A stretch of DNA of 26,893 bases, taken from the NCBI GenBank assembly GCA_029260415.1, contig JAJDDH010000166.1:1-26893 (forward strand). Direction: 5' to 3'. Below are positions 1 to 7,923 of the stretch, piece by piece. Each line of letters starts with the position of its first letter. Positions within the stretch are counted from its first letter, which is position 1. Under the pieces are notes generated by a model that was not told the DNA's origin, ran no database searches, and saw only the letters and a program-made list of their open reading frames with translations. This DNA is from Phycisphaerales bacterium (lineage in GTDB: Bacteria; Planctomycetota; Phycisphaerae; Phycisphaerales; UBA1924). Position numbers and translations under genes: made by a program.

Positions 1-1
1 C

Positions 2-724
2 GCCGATCGTGCCCGCCACGTGCGTGCCGTGCCCGTCGACAGGGTCGTCGGGATTACTGTCTCCGTCGTAGAAGTCCCAGCCCCGCGTGTCGTCGATGTA
101 GCCGTTGCCGTCGTCGTCAACCCCGTTGCCGGGGATCTCACCGTTGTTCGACCAGATGTTGTCATCAAGATCGGGGTGTGACCACTGCACGCCGGAATCG
201 ATCACAGCAATCACGAAGCTCGCGTCACCGGTAAACGTATCCCAAGCCTCGGCGGCGTCGATATCAACGTCGAACACCCCGTTGACCCCGCGGATGTTCT
301 GGCCCGTGTTGTCGGCGCCCCACTGCAGGTAGAAGTACGTGTCGTTGGGGGTCGCCTCGTGCCTGACGACGTAATCCGGCTCAGCGAACTCGACAAACGG
401 GAGCTGACGCATCAGATCGACCGCCTGATCAACCGGCAGCGTCGTGGCGAGATGCAGCGTGCCCCGGTCGTCGAGCGGGCGGATGACACGAGCCGAAACT
501 GCACGCATCGCCATCACGCCAAGGTCCGCGTCGCGGAACTTGACAATCATCTGCCCCGGCGCGTGCACCAGCCCGGCATCGTCCATCAGTAACTGCTTGG
601 CAAGCCGAATCTCGGCGTCGGCGACGGCGGGCGCCATCTGGTTCATCTGACCCAAACTCGGCGCCGTAAGCCCTGCGAGCAGCGCGGCGGTGACACCCAT
701 CCGATCTCGACGGAAAGCCATCAT
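2..724 (-). CDS. Secreted S8 family serine peptidase (subtilase), N-terminal part; truncated by the left window edge
   Basis: Not in the ORF track; translated by hand. ATG at 724 follows GGAAGGAG. It has a signal-like segment (GVTAALLAGLTAPSLG), a prodomain ending FVEFAEPDY, TPNDTYFYLQWG, the catalytic Asp motif VIAVIDSG, GNGVDDDGNGYIDDTRGWDF and the catalytic His motif GHGTHVAGTIG at the edge. The Ser motif lies outside the window. Confidence 0.93.
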   Translation of the reverse strand, partial: MMAFRRDRMGVTAALLAGLTAPSLGQMNQMAPAVADAEIRLAKQLLMDDAGLVHAPGQMIVKFRDADLGVMAMRAVSARVIRPLDDRGTLHLATTLPVDQAVDLMRQLPFVEFAEPDYVVRHEATPNDTYFYLQWGADNTGQNIRGVNGVFDVDIDAAEAWDTFTGDASFVIAVIDSGVQWSHPDLDDNIWSNNGEIPGNGVDDDGNGYIDDTRGWDFYDGDSNPDDPVDGHGTHVAGTIG

Positions 725-1065
725 TCAGAATCTCCTTCCATGTGCGATCCGCGCTCGCCAAGAGTTTGGCCGGGAGACACCCCGCGGAACACAGATCGCC
801 GAGTGTAACGCGCCTGCCACAAAGCGCTGAGCGGATACTGTCCGAATTCAGCGCCCGCTCGCGCGTGCCCAGCTCGCGAACCCGGATTCTGGGCGTCTGG
901 GGAACTTCTCCAGCAAACGCCGCCGGGGTCGTTCGGTCAGGCCCGCGAACGGAGCCGTGTTTGTCGTCGTGCTACTCTGATCCAGGACAGGCTGCGCAGC
1001 GGCGCCCGGACCGTGGGGTTGGTCCGCTCCGGTTTCTGCGCCCGGCAATCACGGCCGGTCCGAGC

Positions 1066-2697
1066 TCAGCGATCGGGCCCCGCGAACCGGACGCCCGCCA
1101 GATCGGCCACCTCCCGCTTCCAGCTCGTCAGGTCCGAGGGCGTAAAGCCCGAGAGCGAGTCGTGCCCGCACGCGCGCGCCATGACGCTCATGAGCGAGGC
1201 CGACGCCCAGAAGAACCGGTCCAGGCGCTTGGCGGACTCATCGACGATCAGGCGGGCCCGCAGGTGTTCCTTCTGGGTCGCGATGCCGACGGGGCAGTTG
1301 TTCGAGTTGCAGGCGCGCATGCCCAGGCAGCCGATCGCCTGGATCGCGGCGTTGGAGACCGCGACCGCGTCGGCGCCCAGGGCCATCGCCTTGACGAAGT
1401 CCGCCGGCGTGCGCAGCCCACCCGTCACCACCAGCGTGGTGTCCGGGCTCACGCGGTCGATGTGCCTGCGTGCCCGGGCGAGCGCGGGGATCGTGGGCAC
1501 GGAGATGTTGTCGCGGAAGATCAGCGGCGCCGCCCCGGTGCCCCCGCCCCGACCGTCGAGGATGATGTACTCCGCCGACGCCTCGAGGGCGAAGTCGATG
1601 TCCGCCTCGATGTGCTGGGCGCTGAGCTTGAACCCGACGGGGATGCCGCCCGTGGCCTCGCGGACCTCGTCGGCGACGCGTCTGAAGTCCGCGGGAGTGT
1701 GCAGGTCCTTGAAGGTCGCGGGGCTGATGGCGGGCGTGCCGGGTTCGATGCCGCGCACGCGGGCGATGGTGATGTCGACCTTCTCGCCGGGCAGGTGCCC
1801 GCCGGTGCCCGTCTTGGCGCCCTGGCCCCCCTTGAAGTGGAACGCCTGGCACCGAGCGACCTTGTCCATGCTGAACCCGAACTTGGCCGACGCGAGCTCA
1901 TAGAAGTACCGGCTGTTGGCGGCCTGCTCCCGGGGGAGCATGCCCCCCTCGCCCGAGCAGATGCCCGTGCCCGCCAGTTCCGCGCCGATCGCCAGCGCGG
2001 TCTTCGCCTCGCTCGACAGCGCCCCAAAGCTCATGTCGCTGACCAGCAGCGGGATCACGAGCGTCAGCGGCTTGGCGGCCCGCGCCCCGATCGTGACCTG
2101 CGTTGCAACGGGGTGATCGTCGAGCAGCGGCTTGGTCGCCATCTGCGCGGTGAGGATCTGCAGCTCGTCCCACGTGGGCAGGTCCTGGCGGGGCACGCCC
2201 ATCGCGTCCGAGGGCCCGTGATGCCCGAACTTCTCGAGCCCGTGCTTGGCGAGGTTCTGGATCAGACCAACGTGCGGCTCCTCCGGGGTGCCGTGCACGT
2301 CCGCGTACGCGCCCAGGTACTCGTCGCGGTTGTATGGCTGCGGGTTGGCGTCCTCCCATTCCCGGATCTCGTCGGCGTCCACGACGACGGACCTCACGCC
2401 CCCGTGATCCTCGATCCAGGCGTTGAACCGGTGCAGCGCCTCTTCGTTGTTGTACTCGGAGACGCCCGTGTCCAGGCGGTAGTCCCAGCCGTGGACGCCG
2501 CAGATCAGGTTGTCCCCATCGACGTGCCCGTCGCCCATCAGCGCGCCCCGGTGCAGACAGCGCCCGTACAGCACGGAGACGCGGTCCTCGCCGTCCCGCT
2601 CGAACCGCGTGACAACGAGGTCTACATTGGCAACGAGGGCGTGAACCGGGCGGTCGCGGTCCAACTCCTCCCACCGGGCCACCGGGGTCTTGTTCAT
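1066..2697 (-). CDS. FMN-binding glutamate synthase-family protein with N-terminal Rieske [2Fe-2S] domain (543 aa)
   Basis: Rieske ligands CLH...CGVH. GltS FMN-barrel motifs MSFGALS, SGEGG, KGGQGAKTGTGGHLPGEKV, DGRGGGTGAA and GGLRTPADFVKAMALGADAV. Cys cluster C-x5-C-x4-C (CLGMRACNSNNCP). Start moved to ATG 2697, which has an AGGAG Shine-Dalgarno. Confidence 0.9.
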   Translation of the reverse strand: MNKTPVARWEELDRDRPVHALVANVDLVVTRFERDGEDRVSVLYGRCLHRGALMGDGHVDGDNLICGVHGWDYRLDTGVSEYNNEEALHRFNAWIEDHGGVRSVVVDADEIREWEDANPQPYNRDEYLGAYADVHGTPEEPHVGLIQNLAKHGLEKFGHHGPSDAMGVPRQDLPTWDELQILTAQMATKPLLDDHPVATQVTIGARAAKPLTLVIPLLVSDMSFGALSSEAKTALAIGAELAGTGICSGEGGMLPREQAANSRYFYELASAKFGFSMDKVARCQAFHFKGGQGAKTGTGGHLPGEKVDITIARVRGIEPGTPAISPATFKDLHTPADFRRVADEVREATGGIPVGFKLSAQHIEADIDFALEASAEYIILDGRGGGTGAAPLIFRDNISVPTIPALARARRHIDRVSPDTTLVVTGGLRTPADFVKAMALGADAVAVSNAAIQAIGCLGMRACNSNNCPVGIATQKEHLRARLIVDESAKRLDRFFWASASLMSVMARACGHDSLSGFTPSDLTSWKREVADLAGVRFAGPDR

Positions 2698-3061
2698 CGC
2701 AAGGTCTCCTGCACTCGGGCGCCAAATCGCCTGACGGGGCGACATTCACCGATGCTCGCAGGCTACTGCAAACCGGCGGGCACGCCTTGCGCTCCCGGGG
2801 ACTTTCCGTGTTCCTGCGGGCGCCGACTGGAGCGGACCCCCGATGGCGGCGGTCCCGGCGGTCCGCCGCGCCGAGCCCGGGGCCCGCATGTGGGGGCCTC
2901 CTTCCCAGCACGCAGGTCCGGTGAATGTGCGCCGGTTGTGCGGCCTGGACCGTCTGTGCATGACGCCCCGGCGCCCGCGGCGTCGCCTTCTCGGGCTGCG
3001 GTGGCGGCCCGCACCCCCCGCTCCGATACCACCGGGGATTCTCTTGTCCGGGGGTTCTTTG

Positions 3062-4405
3062 ATGGATATTCAGACCTACGAACTCGTGCTGCTCGGGGGC
3101 GCCCTCTCGGTGCTTGCCCTGCTGCTCCCCTGGAAGAAGCGACGCGCGCCGATCCCATGGACGGCGGTCAGCGTCAGCGGGATGGGCGTGATCGTCCTCG
3201 TTCTGCACGCGATGCGCCAGACCATCGCCAAGTTTGCGTCGGAGCCCGGGTCCTGGCTCGACCCCATGGCGGCCCAGTGGTCCACCTGGCGACTGGTGGA
3301 ACTGGGCGGCATCGTGATCGTGGGCGTGGGCGTCGTCCTGCTCGCACAAACGGCCGAGCACGAGCGGGCCGACGCGAGCCGCAGGCGCCAGCTCGACGCA
3401 CTCGCGCCCAATATCGATATCTCTGCCCCGCTGCTCAAGGCGCTGATCCAGACGGCCCAGGGCACCATGCTCCTGCTGACCAACCGGGCGGGCGCCAGCG
3501 AGCAGCCCCGCTTTCATGTCGCGTTCGTCGATGAATCCGGCGCGGGCGGGCAGGGTCGGCGCTTCGGCGCGGGACGCAAGCTGCTGACCGAGATCTACAC
3601 GCCCTCGCTGGCCGAGGGCATCTACACCGCCGCCCACCGCGCCCTGACGACCAACAGCGTCGCCGAGTCCGAGTGCCAGTGCGCCGAGTCCGAGCGTTCG
3701 TACAAGTTCTCCGCCGCGGCACACGGGCAGTCCGTCATCGTCATGCTCGAAGACATCTCCGAGCGCCGCAAGGCCGAGGAGTCGCTCCGGCGCGTCGCGT
3801 ACACCGACCCGGTCACCGGGCTGGCCAACCGCCCGATGCTCGAGAAGGCGCTCGAGTCGGCCATCGGCACGAGCCGCAACGAGACCGGCGACCGCTTCGC
3901 CGTGATCTACGTCGACTTTGACGGGTTCAAAAGCGTTAACGACATGCACGGGCACCACGTGGGCGATGCGCTGCTGGCGAGCATCGGCTCGCGCATCGCC
4001 GAGCTGCTGGGCGCCTTCGAGGGGCGATCGGCCGACGAGAACGTCGCGGCCCGATGGGGCGGCGACGAGTTCGTCATCCTGCTGGGCGAGTCACGCGTCA
4101 GCGAGGTGGACGCCTTCGCCCAGCGTCTTCTCGAGCTCCTCGGCCAGCCCCACCACATCGAGGGCGTCGAGGTCACCTCCACCGCCAGCATCGGCGTCGG
4201 CGTCCGCCGCGGGCAGTACGAGACCCATATGGCCGTCGTCCGCGACGCGGACTCCGCGATGAACGAGGCCACGCGCCTCGGGCGCAACCGCGTCATCAAG
4301 GGCGGGGAGAGCGCCGACACGTCAGGGCTGCAAGCGCGCAGGCGCGAGGACTGGCAGGACGACACCGCCGCTCCATCCGACGGGGCAGAGCGACAGGCGG
4401 GGTAA
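3062..4405 (+). CDS. Membrane-anchored diguanylate cyclase (about 3 N-terminal TM helices, degenerate PAS-like region, GGDEF domain, no EAL)
   Basis: Motifs YTDPVTGLANR, YVDFDGFKSVNDMHGHHVGD, ARWGGDEF and TASIGV, with a PAC-like EDISERRKAEE linker and three hydrophobic N-terminal segments. Start placed at MDIQTY (ATG 3062) because the upstream in-frame extension looks non-coding; the start is less certain than the call. Confidence 0.88.
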   Translation: MDIQTYELVLLGGALSVLALLLPWKKRRAPIPWTAVSVSGMGVIVLVLHAMRQTIAKFASEPGSWLDPMAAQWSTWRLVELGGIVIVGVGVVLLAQTAEHERADASRRRQLDALAPNIDISAPLLKALIQTAQGTMLLLTNRAGASEQPRFHVAFVDESGAGGQGRRFGAGRKLLTEIYTPSLAEGIYTAAHRALTTNSVAESECQCAESERSYKFSAAAHGQSVIVMLEDISERRKAEESLRRVAYTDPVTGLANRPMLEKALESAIGTSRNETGDRFAVIYVDFDGFKSVNDMHGHHVGDALLASIGSRIAELLGAFEGRSADENVAARWGGDEFVILLGESRVSEVDAFAQRLLELLGQPHHIEGVEVTSTASIGVGVRRGQYETHMAVVRDADSAMNEATRLGRNRVIKGGESADTSGLQARRREDWQDDTAAPSDGAERQAG

Positions 4406-4411
4406 CGAGCG

Positions 4412-6541
4412 ATGGGGGCACAACTGAAGGACCAGGCCAACGGTGGCATGCCCGCGCACGCGGGGCTGAGCGAGGCGCTCCAGCGCGCCTGGTCCGCGTT
4501 CCAGATCTACGGCGACGATCACCCCTCGTTCGCCTCCGCCGCGGCGGACGTCGTGCACGCTGGGGAGGCGATCGACGACACCCAGCGACACCTCCTGCTG
4601 GATCCCGAGTCCCCCGAGCACGGGGGCGGGTGCAAGGACTCGCTCGCCCATGCCCTTTCCGCGCTGGACATCGGAGCCGTGCAACTCGGCGCTGGGCTCG
4701 ACGCCTCCACCCTGGCCCTCGCGTTCTCAGAGATCCGCGCCGCCCGGGGCGCTGGAGTGAAGGGAGCGGGGCTGGCCGAGAGGGTGAGCGCCTGCTGCAA
4801 CACCGCCGTCAAGCTCGTCCCGCTGAACTACGCGCGCCTCACGGAGCACGTCACGGGCGTCAGGCCCAACCCGCGCGCCGACCGCACCACGCGCCTCGGT
4901 GTTGGCGAGCTGCGCTCCGTGCTGTTGGGCGCCACAAGCCAGGGCGGGCAACGCGACGCCGCGGCGTGGATCGGGCGTGCGATCAGCCAGGGCGGGGCAG
5001 ACGCCCAGTGCGTCTCCCAGAGCCTGCAGGAAGCCATCCGAGAGGCCCGGCGCACGGGCGGTGAGGCCTCCGATGACATCGGGCACATCCGCGGCGTGCT
5101 CGCCTCGCTCAGCCCGGAGATCCGCGCCGGACTCATCCAAGATCAGCAGGGCCCGGATCTCGATGCGATCTCCGAGCTCGCGGGCGTCATCCCCGTGATG
5201 GAGACGTGCGAGGCCCTCGCCAACGCCCAGCTCTCGCCAGACAGCATCTGCCACTCCACGCTGATGATGTTCCAACGCCTCGCGACGCTCTCGGCCGGGC
5301 GCGCCGCGGAACTCGGCCGGGTCGAGTCGCTCGCGGCGCTCGTCGTGGACGAGAGCGACGATTCACAGGAGGCCCGCGCCCTGCAGTCGCTCCGCAATCT
5401 CTGCCACGAAGCGCGGCGCGAGGAGTTCACGCCCAAGGAGTACCTCGAACGCCTGCACGAGATCAGCGCCGGGCAGATCGGCGTCGACGCCTCGGCCCCT
5501 GACTTCGAGTGGGAGTCAGACGCCCAGGAGCGTGTCCATGCCGCGGAGATCATCCTCGAGCTGATCGACGCGAACATTGGCGCTGAGCACCTCCGCGCCG
5601 GTCACCTCCGGGCCCTGGCCGGCGCCGTGCGCCACATCGCCTCGCTCGGACGCCCGGACCTGCTCAACCGCGTCGCGGACGCCTGCGCGTCGTACGCCCA
5701 CCACCCGGATGACACCATCCGCGACGAGTGGTCGCAGCTCCAGGTGACGCTCGAGGACGATTCGACCCGGGCGATCGCGCTGTCCTCGGCCACCTCGGAG
5801 GACCTCTTTGAGTCCGGAGCCCAGCGCCTCGCCCAGCAGGGCGAGCGCGAGCTGATCCGCGTGCTGCTCACCGCGCACGCGCTCGGGCCGGGCGCCGCCG
5901 CGGCCCCCTGGATCGCCGACCGCCTCGCGAGCACTGGCCCCGCGCTCGGCGCTGAGATCGGCGCCATGCTCGAATCCAGCCCCGAGATGATCGAGGTGCT
6001 GCTGTCACTCATCAACGGCCTGGACCCCGACGCGGCCTTCGAAGCGATCCAGCCCGCGCTGCTCAACCACAAGGACGACGAGGCCCGACGGCGCGCGTAC
6101 GCCGCGGCGTACACCCTGAGGCACCCCTGGCCGCGCGACCTGTGCCACGCGGCCGTCGTCGAGCCCGACGACCGCATCCGCGCCCTTGGCGTCGCGTACA
6201 TCCTGCGCCGCTCACCCGTCGACCGGACGCCGCTGCTGACCGAGCGACTGCTGCACGCGCTGGGCGGGCCCGCGCCGACGTCTCAGGACCGCGCCATGAT
6301 CATCGACTCGCTCGCCCGCGCGGACTCGGACGCGGCAAGGCAGGCGTTGACCCACGCGCTCATGGGCGCCTCGTGGAGGGCGTCCGGGACCAGCCCGGGG
6401 CTGGGCCGCGCACTGGCGCGGGGGGTGCGATCGAACCGGGCGGGTTCAGCCTCCAGCCTCGCGCTGCTGCTCTGGAGCATCAGCCCCAACCGCCTCATCG
6501 CGTCCGTCAGGAAGGTGAAGGGGGCCCCCGATGTCGGTTGA
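4412..6541 (+). CDS. Hypothetical 709-aa all-alpha protein, probably HEAT/ARM-repeat-like in its C-terminal half
   Basis: Long ORF 6 nt after the DGC stop, overlapping the HD-GYP gene by 11 nt. It has Ala/Leu-rich amphipathic helical segments (e.g. HKDDEARRRAYAAAY, EPDDRIRALGVAYIL) and an N-terminal IYGDDHP motif. The HEAT assignment is pattern inference only. Confidence 0.7.
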   Translation: MGAQLKDQANGGMPAHAGLSEALQRAWSAFQIYGDDHPSFASAAADVVHAGEAIDDTQRHLLLDPESPEHGGGCKDSLAHALSALDIGAVQLGAGLDASTLALAFSEIRAARGAGVKGAGLAERVSACCNTAVKLVPLNYARLTEHVTGVRPNPRADRTTRLGVGELRSVLLGATSQGGQRDAAAWIGRAISQGGADAQCVSQSLQEAIREARRTGGEASDDIGHIRGVLASLSPEIRAGLIQDQQGPDLDAISELAGVIPVMETCEALANAQLSPDSICHSTLMMFQRLATLSAGRAAELGRVESLAALVVDESDDSQEARALQSLRNLCHEARREEFTPKEYLERLHEISAGQIGVDASAPDFEWESDAQERVHAAEIILELIDANIGAEHLRAGHLRALAGAVRHIASLGRPDLLNRVADACASYAHHPDDTIRDEWSQLQVTLEDDSTRAIALSSATSEDLFESGAQRLAQQGERELIRVLLTAHALGPGAAAAPWIADRLASTGPALGAEIGAMLESSPEMIEVLLSLINGLDPDAAFEAIQPALLNHKDDEARRRAYAAAYTLRHPWPRDLCHAAVVEPDDRIRALGVAYILRRSPVDRTPLLTERLLHALGGPAPTSQDRAMIIDSLARADSDAARQALTHALMGASWRASGTSPGLGRALARGVRSNRAGSASSLALLLWSISPNRLIASVRKVKGAPDVG

Positions 6542-7670
6542 CTCGATCGACAGCGCGCTCGTCGCGATCAACGCCGCGGTCGCCTGCCGCCGTCTCTACG
6601 GCGACGGTCACCCGGCCATCGACATGCACGCGCGACGCGCCGCCGAATCACTCAACGCCCTCGCGAAGGAGGCCTCCCCGCGCAGGATCGTCTTCCTTGA
6701 GGGCAGGGTCGTCTGCGACGGCGCTAGTCTGCCGTCGGGCAAGACACTGTGCGAGGGCGCTTTCGCACGCCTGGGCAGCGGTCTGCCCGACTGTCTCGAG
6801 CTGCGCGACGGCATCGGGATCGGCGCGGTCCAGAGCCTGATGTCCACCCTCGTCAGCGGCAGCCCCCTGGACGCCGGCAAGGCCCTCACGCTCTGCTGGG
6901 TGGACCAGGAGACCGACGCCTACACGCTCGGCCAGGGCCCGATCACCATCGATGACCCCGCCTTCCTCTCCCACGAGCTGCGGGGCCTGTGGGACCGGAC
7001 CGCGATCGAGGGGCAGGCCCCGGTCAAGAGCATCGAGGCGCTCGCGGGCGACGTCGTCGCCGCGGTTTCCGCCGGCTCGGCGACCGTCCTGCCCATGGCG
7101 AACCTGAAAGACCACGACGAGTACACCTACGTCCACGCGATCAACGTCGGGGTGATGGCCTCCGCCCTCGCCCGCGCCGTGGGCCTCTCGCAGGACCGGG
7201 TCTTCGACATCACCTGCGCCGCGCTGCTGCACGACGTGGGCAAGAGCGCCATCTCGCTCGAGATCATCAACAAGACGGGCAAGCTCGACGACCACGAGCG
7301 GGCGCGGATGAACGATCACCCCGCGGAGGGCGCCGCGATCCTCGCCGCGTCCCCGGGCCTCGCGCCGGTCGCCGTCAGCGTCGCGTACGAGCACCACATG
7401 AAGCTTGACGGCGGGGGCTACCCCAAGACCCCCAAGGGCTGGAAGGTGTCGCTCGCCAGCCAGGTGGTTCACATCGCCGACGTGTTCGACGCCCTCCGCA
7501 CGCACCGCCCGTACCGCAAGGCGATGCCGATGCACAAAGCGATCGCGATCCTCGAGCAAGACTCCGGCGTCGGCTACGACGCGGAGCTCTACCGCGTGTT
7601 TGTGGAGCACGTGCTGGAGTTCACGCCCAACACGAGCGACGAGCACACGCCCGAATCTCACGCGGCCTGA
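6531..7670 (+). CDS. HD-GYP domain c-di-GMP phosphodiesterase
   Basis: Motifs DEYTYVHAINV, ALLHDVGK, HPAEGA, YEHHMKLDGGGYP and IADVFDALRTHRPYRKAM; GAAGGGGG SD-like sequence before ATG 6531. Confidence 0.93.
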   Translation: MSVDSIDSALVAINAAVACRRLYGDGHPAIDMHARRAAESLNALAKEASPRRIVFLEGRVVCDGASLPSGKTLCEGAFARLGSGLPDCLELRDGIGIGAVQSLMSTLVSGSPLDAGKALTLCWVDQETDAYTLGQGPITIDDPAFLSHELRGLWDRTAIEGQAPVKSIEALAGDVVAAVSAGSATVLPMANLKDHDEYTYVHAINVGVMASALARAVGLSQDRVFDITCAALLHDVGKSAISLEIINKTGKLDDHERARMNDHPAEGAAILAASPGLAPVAVSVAYEHHMKLDGGGYPKTPKGWKVSLASQVVHIADVFDALRTHRPYRKAMPMHKAIAILEQDSGVGYDAELYRVFVEHVLEFTPNTSDEHTPESHAA

Positions 7671-7692
7671 CACCCAGCAGCGCCACCACGAC

Positions 7693-7726
7693 AAGAAAGG
7701 GGCCCACGCTCAACAGCGCGGGCCCC
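7693..7726 (-). terminator. Intrinsic terminator of haloperoxidase-like gene 1
   Basis: Minus strand reads GGGGCCCGCGCT-GTTG-AGCGTGGGCCCC-TTTCTT: a 12-bp stem with one G-U pair and a U-rich tail, 27 nt after the stop. The hairpin also faces the converging HD-GYP gene. Confidence 0.85.
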
Positions 7727-7752
7727 GGTGTTGCACAAGATGCCGGCTCGGC

Positions 7753-7923
7753 TTACGGGCAGCCGGCGCCGAACGACGTCAGGAACGCGAGCACATCGGA
7801 GAAATCGACCGTCCGGAAGGGCGGGGCGATGTCACAGATCAGATCACCCTCGCTGAACGCGGTCAGGAAGCCGATCACGTCGGTGAAGTTGAGCACGCGG
7901 TTGCCGTCGTAGTCCGCCGGGCA
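7753..7923 (-). repeat. GC-type dockerin-like C-terminal domain, copy 1 (two EF-hand-like repeats)
   Basis: CPADYDGNRVLNFTDVIGFLTAFSEGDLICDIAPPFRTVDFSDVLAFLTSFGAGCP-stop; homologous to the tails at 10150-10320 and 12560-12733. Confidence 0.85.

Noticed and set aside
848-1048. 66-aa minus-strand ORF in the subtilase/GltS gap, and a plus-strand TGcTACTCT at 970-978 that could drive antisense RNA
   Set aside because: No SD or recognisable composition for the ORF, and no -35 or downstream gene for the hexamer; both are compatible with chance.
2768-2805. GCAAACC followed by a small hairpin, upstream of the c-di-GMP operon, resembling the start of a c-di-GMP-I riboswitch
   Set aside because: The loop GGCA is not GNRA and the following GGGACGCAAAGC-type P2 element is missing. 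An Infernal/Rfam scan would settle it.
742-3958. Very long ORFs 742-3534 (+, 930 aa) and 1898-3958 (-, 686 aa)
   Set aside because: Shadow frames of the Rieske-GltS and DGC genes. They are Arg/Gly/Pro-rich with no motifs, and stop-poor antisense frames are expected at this GC content.
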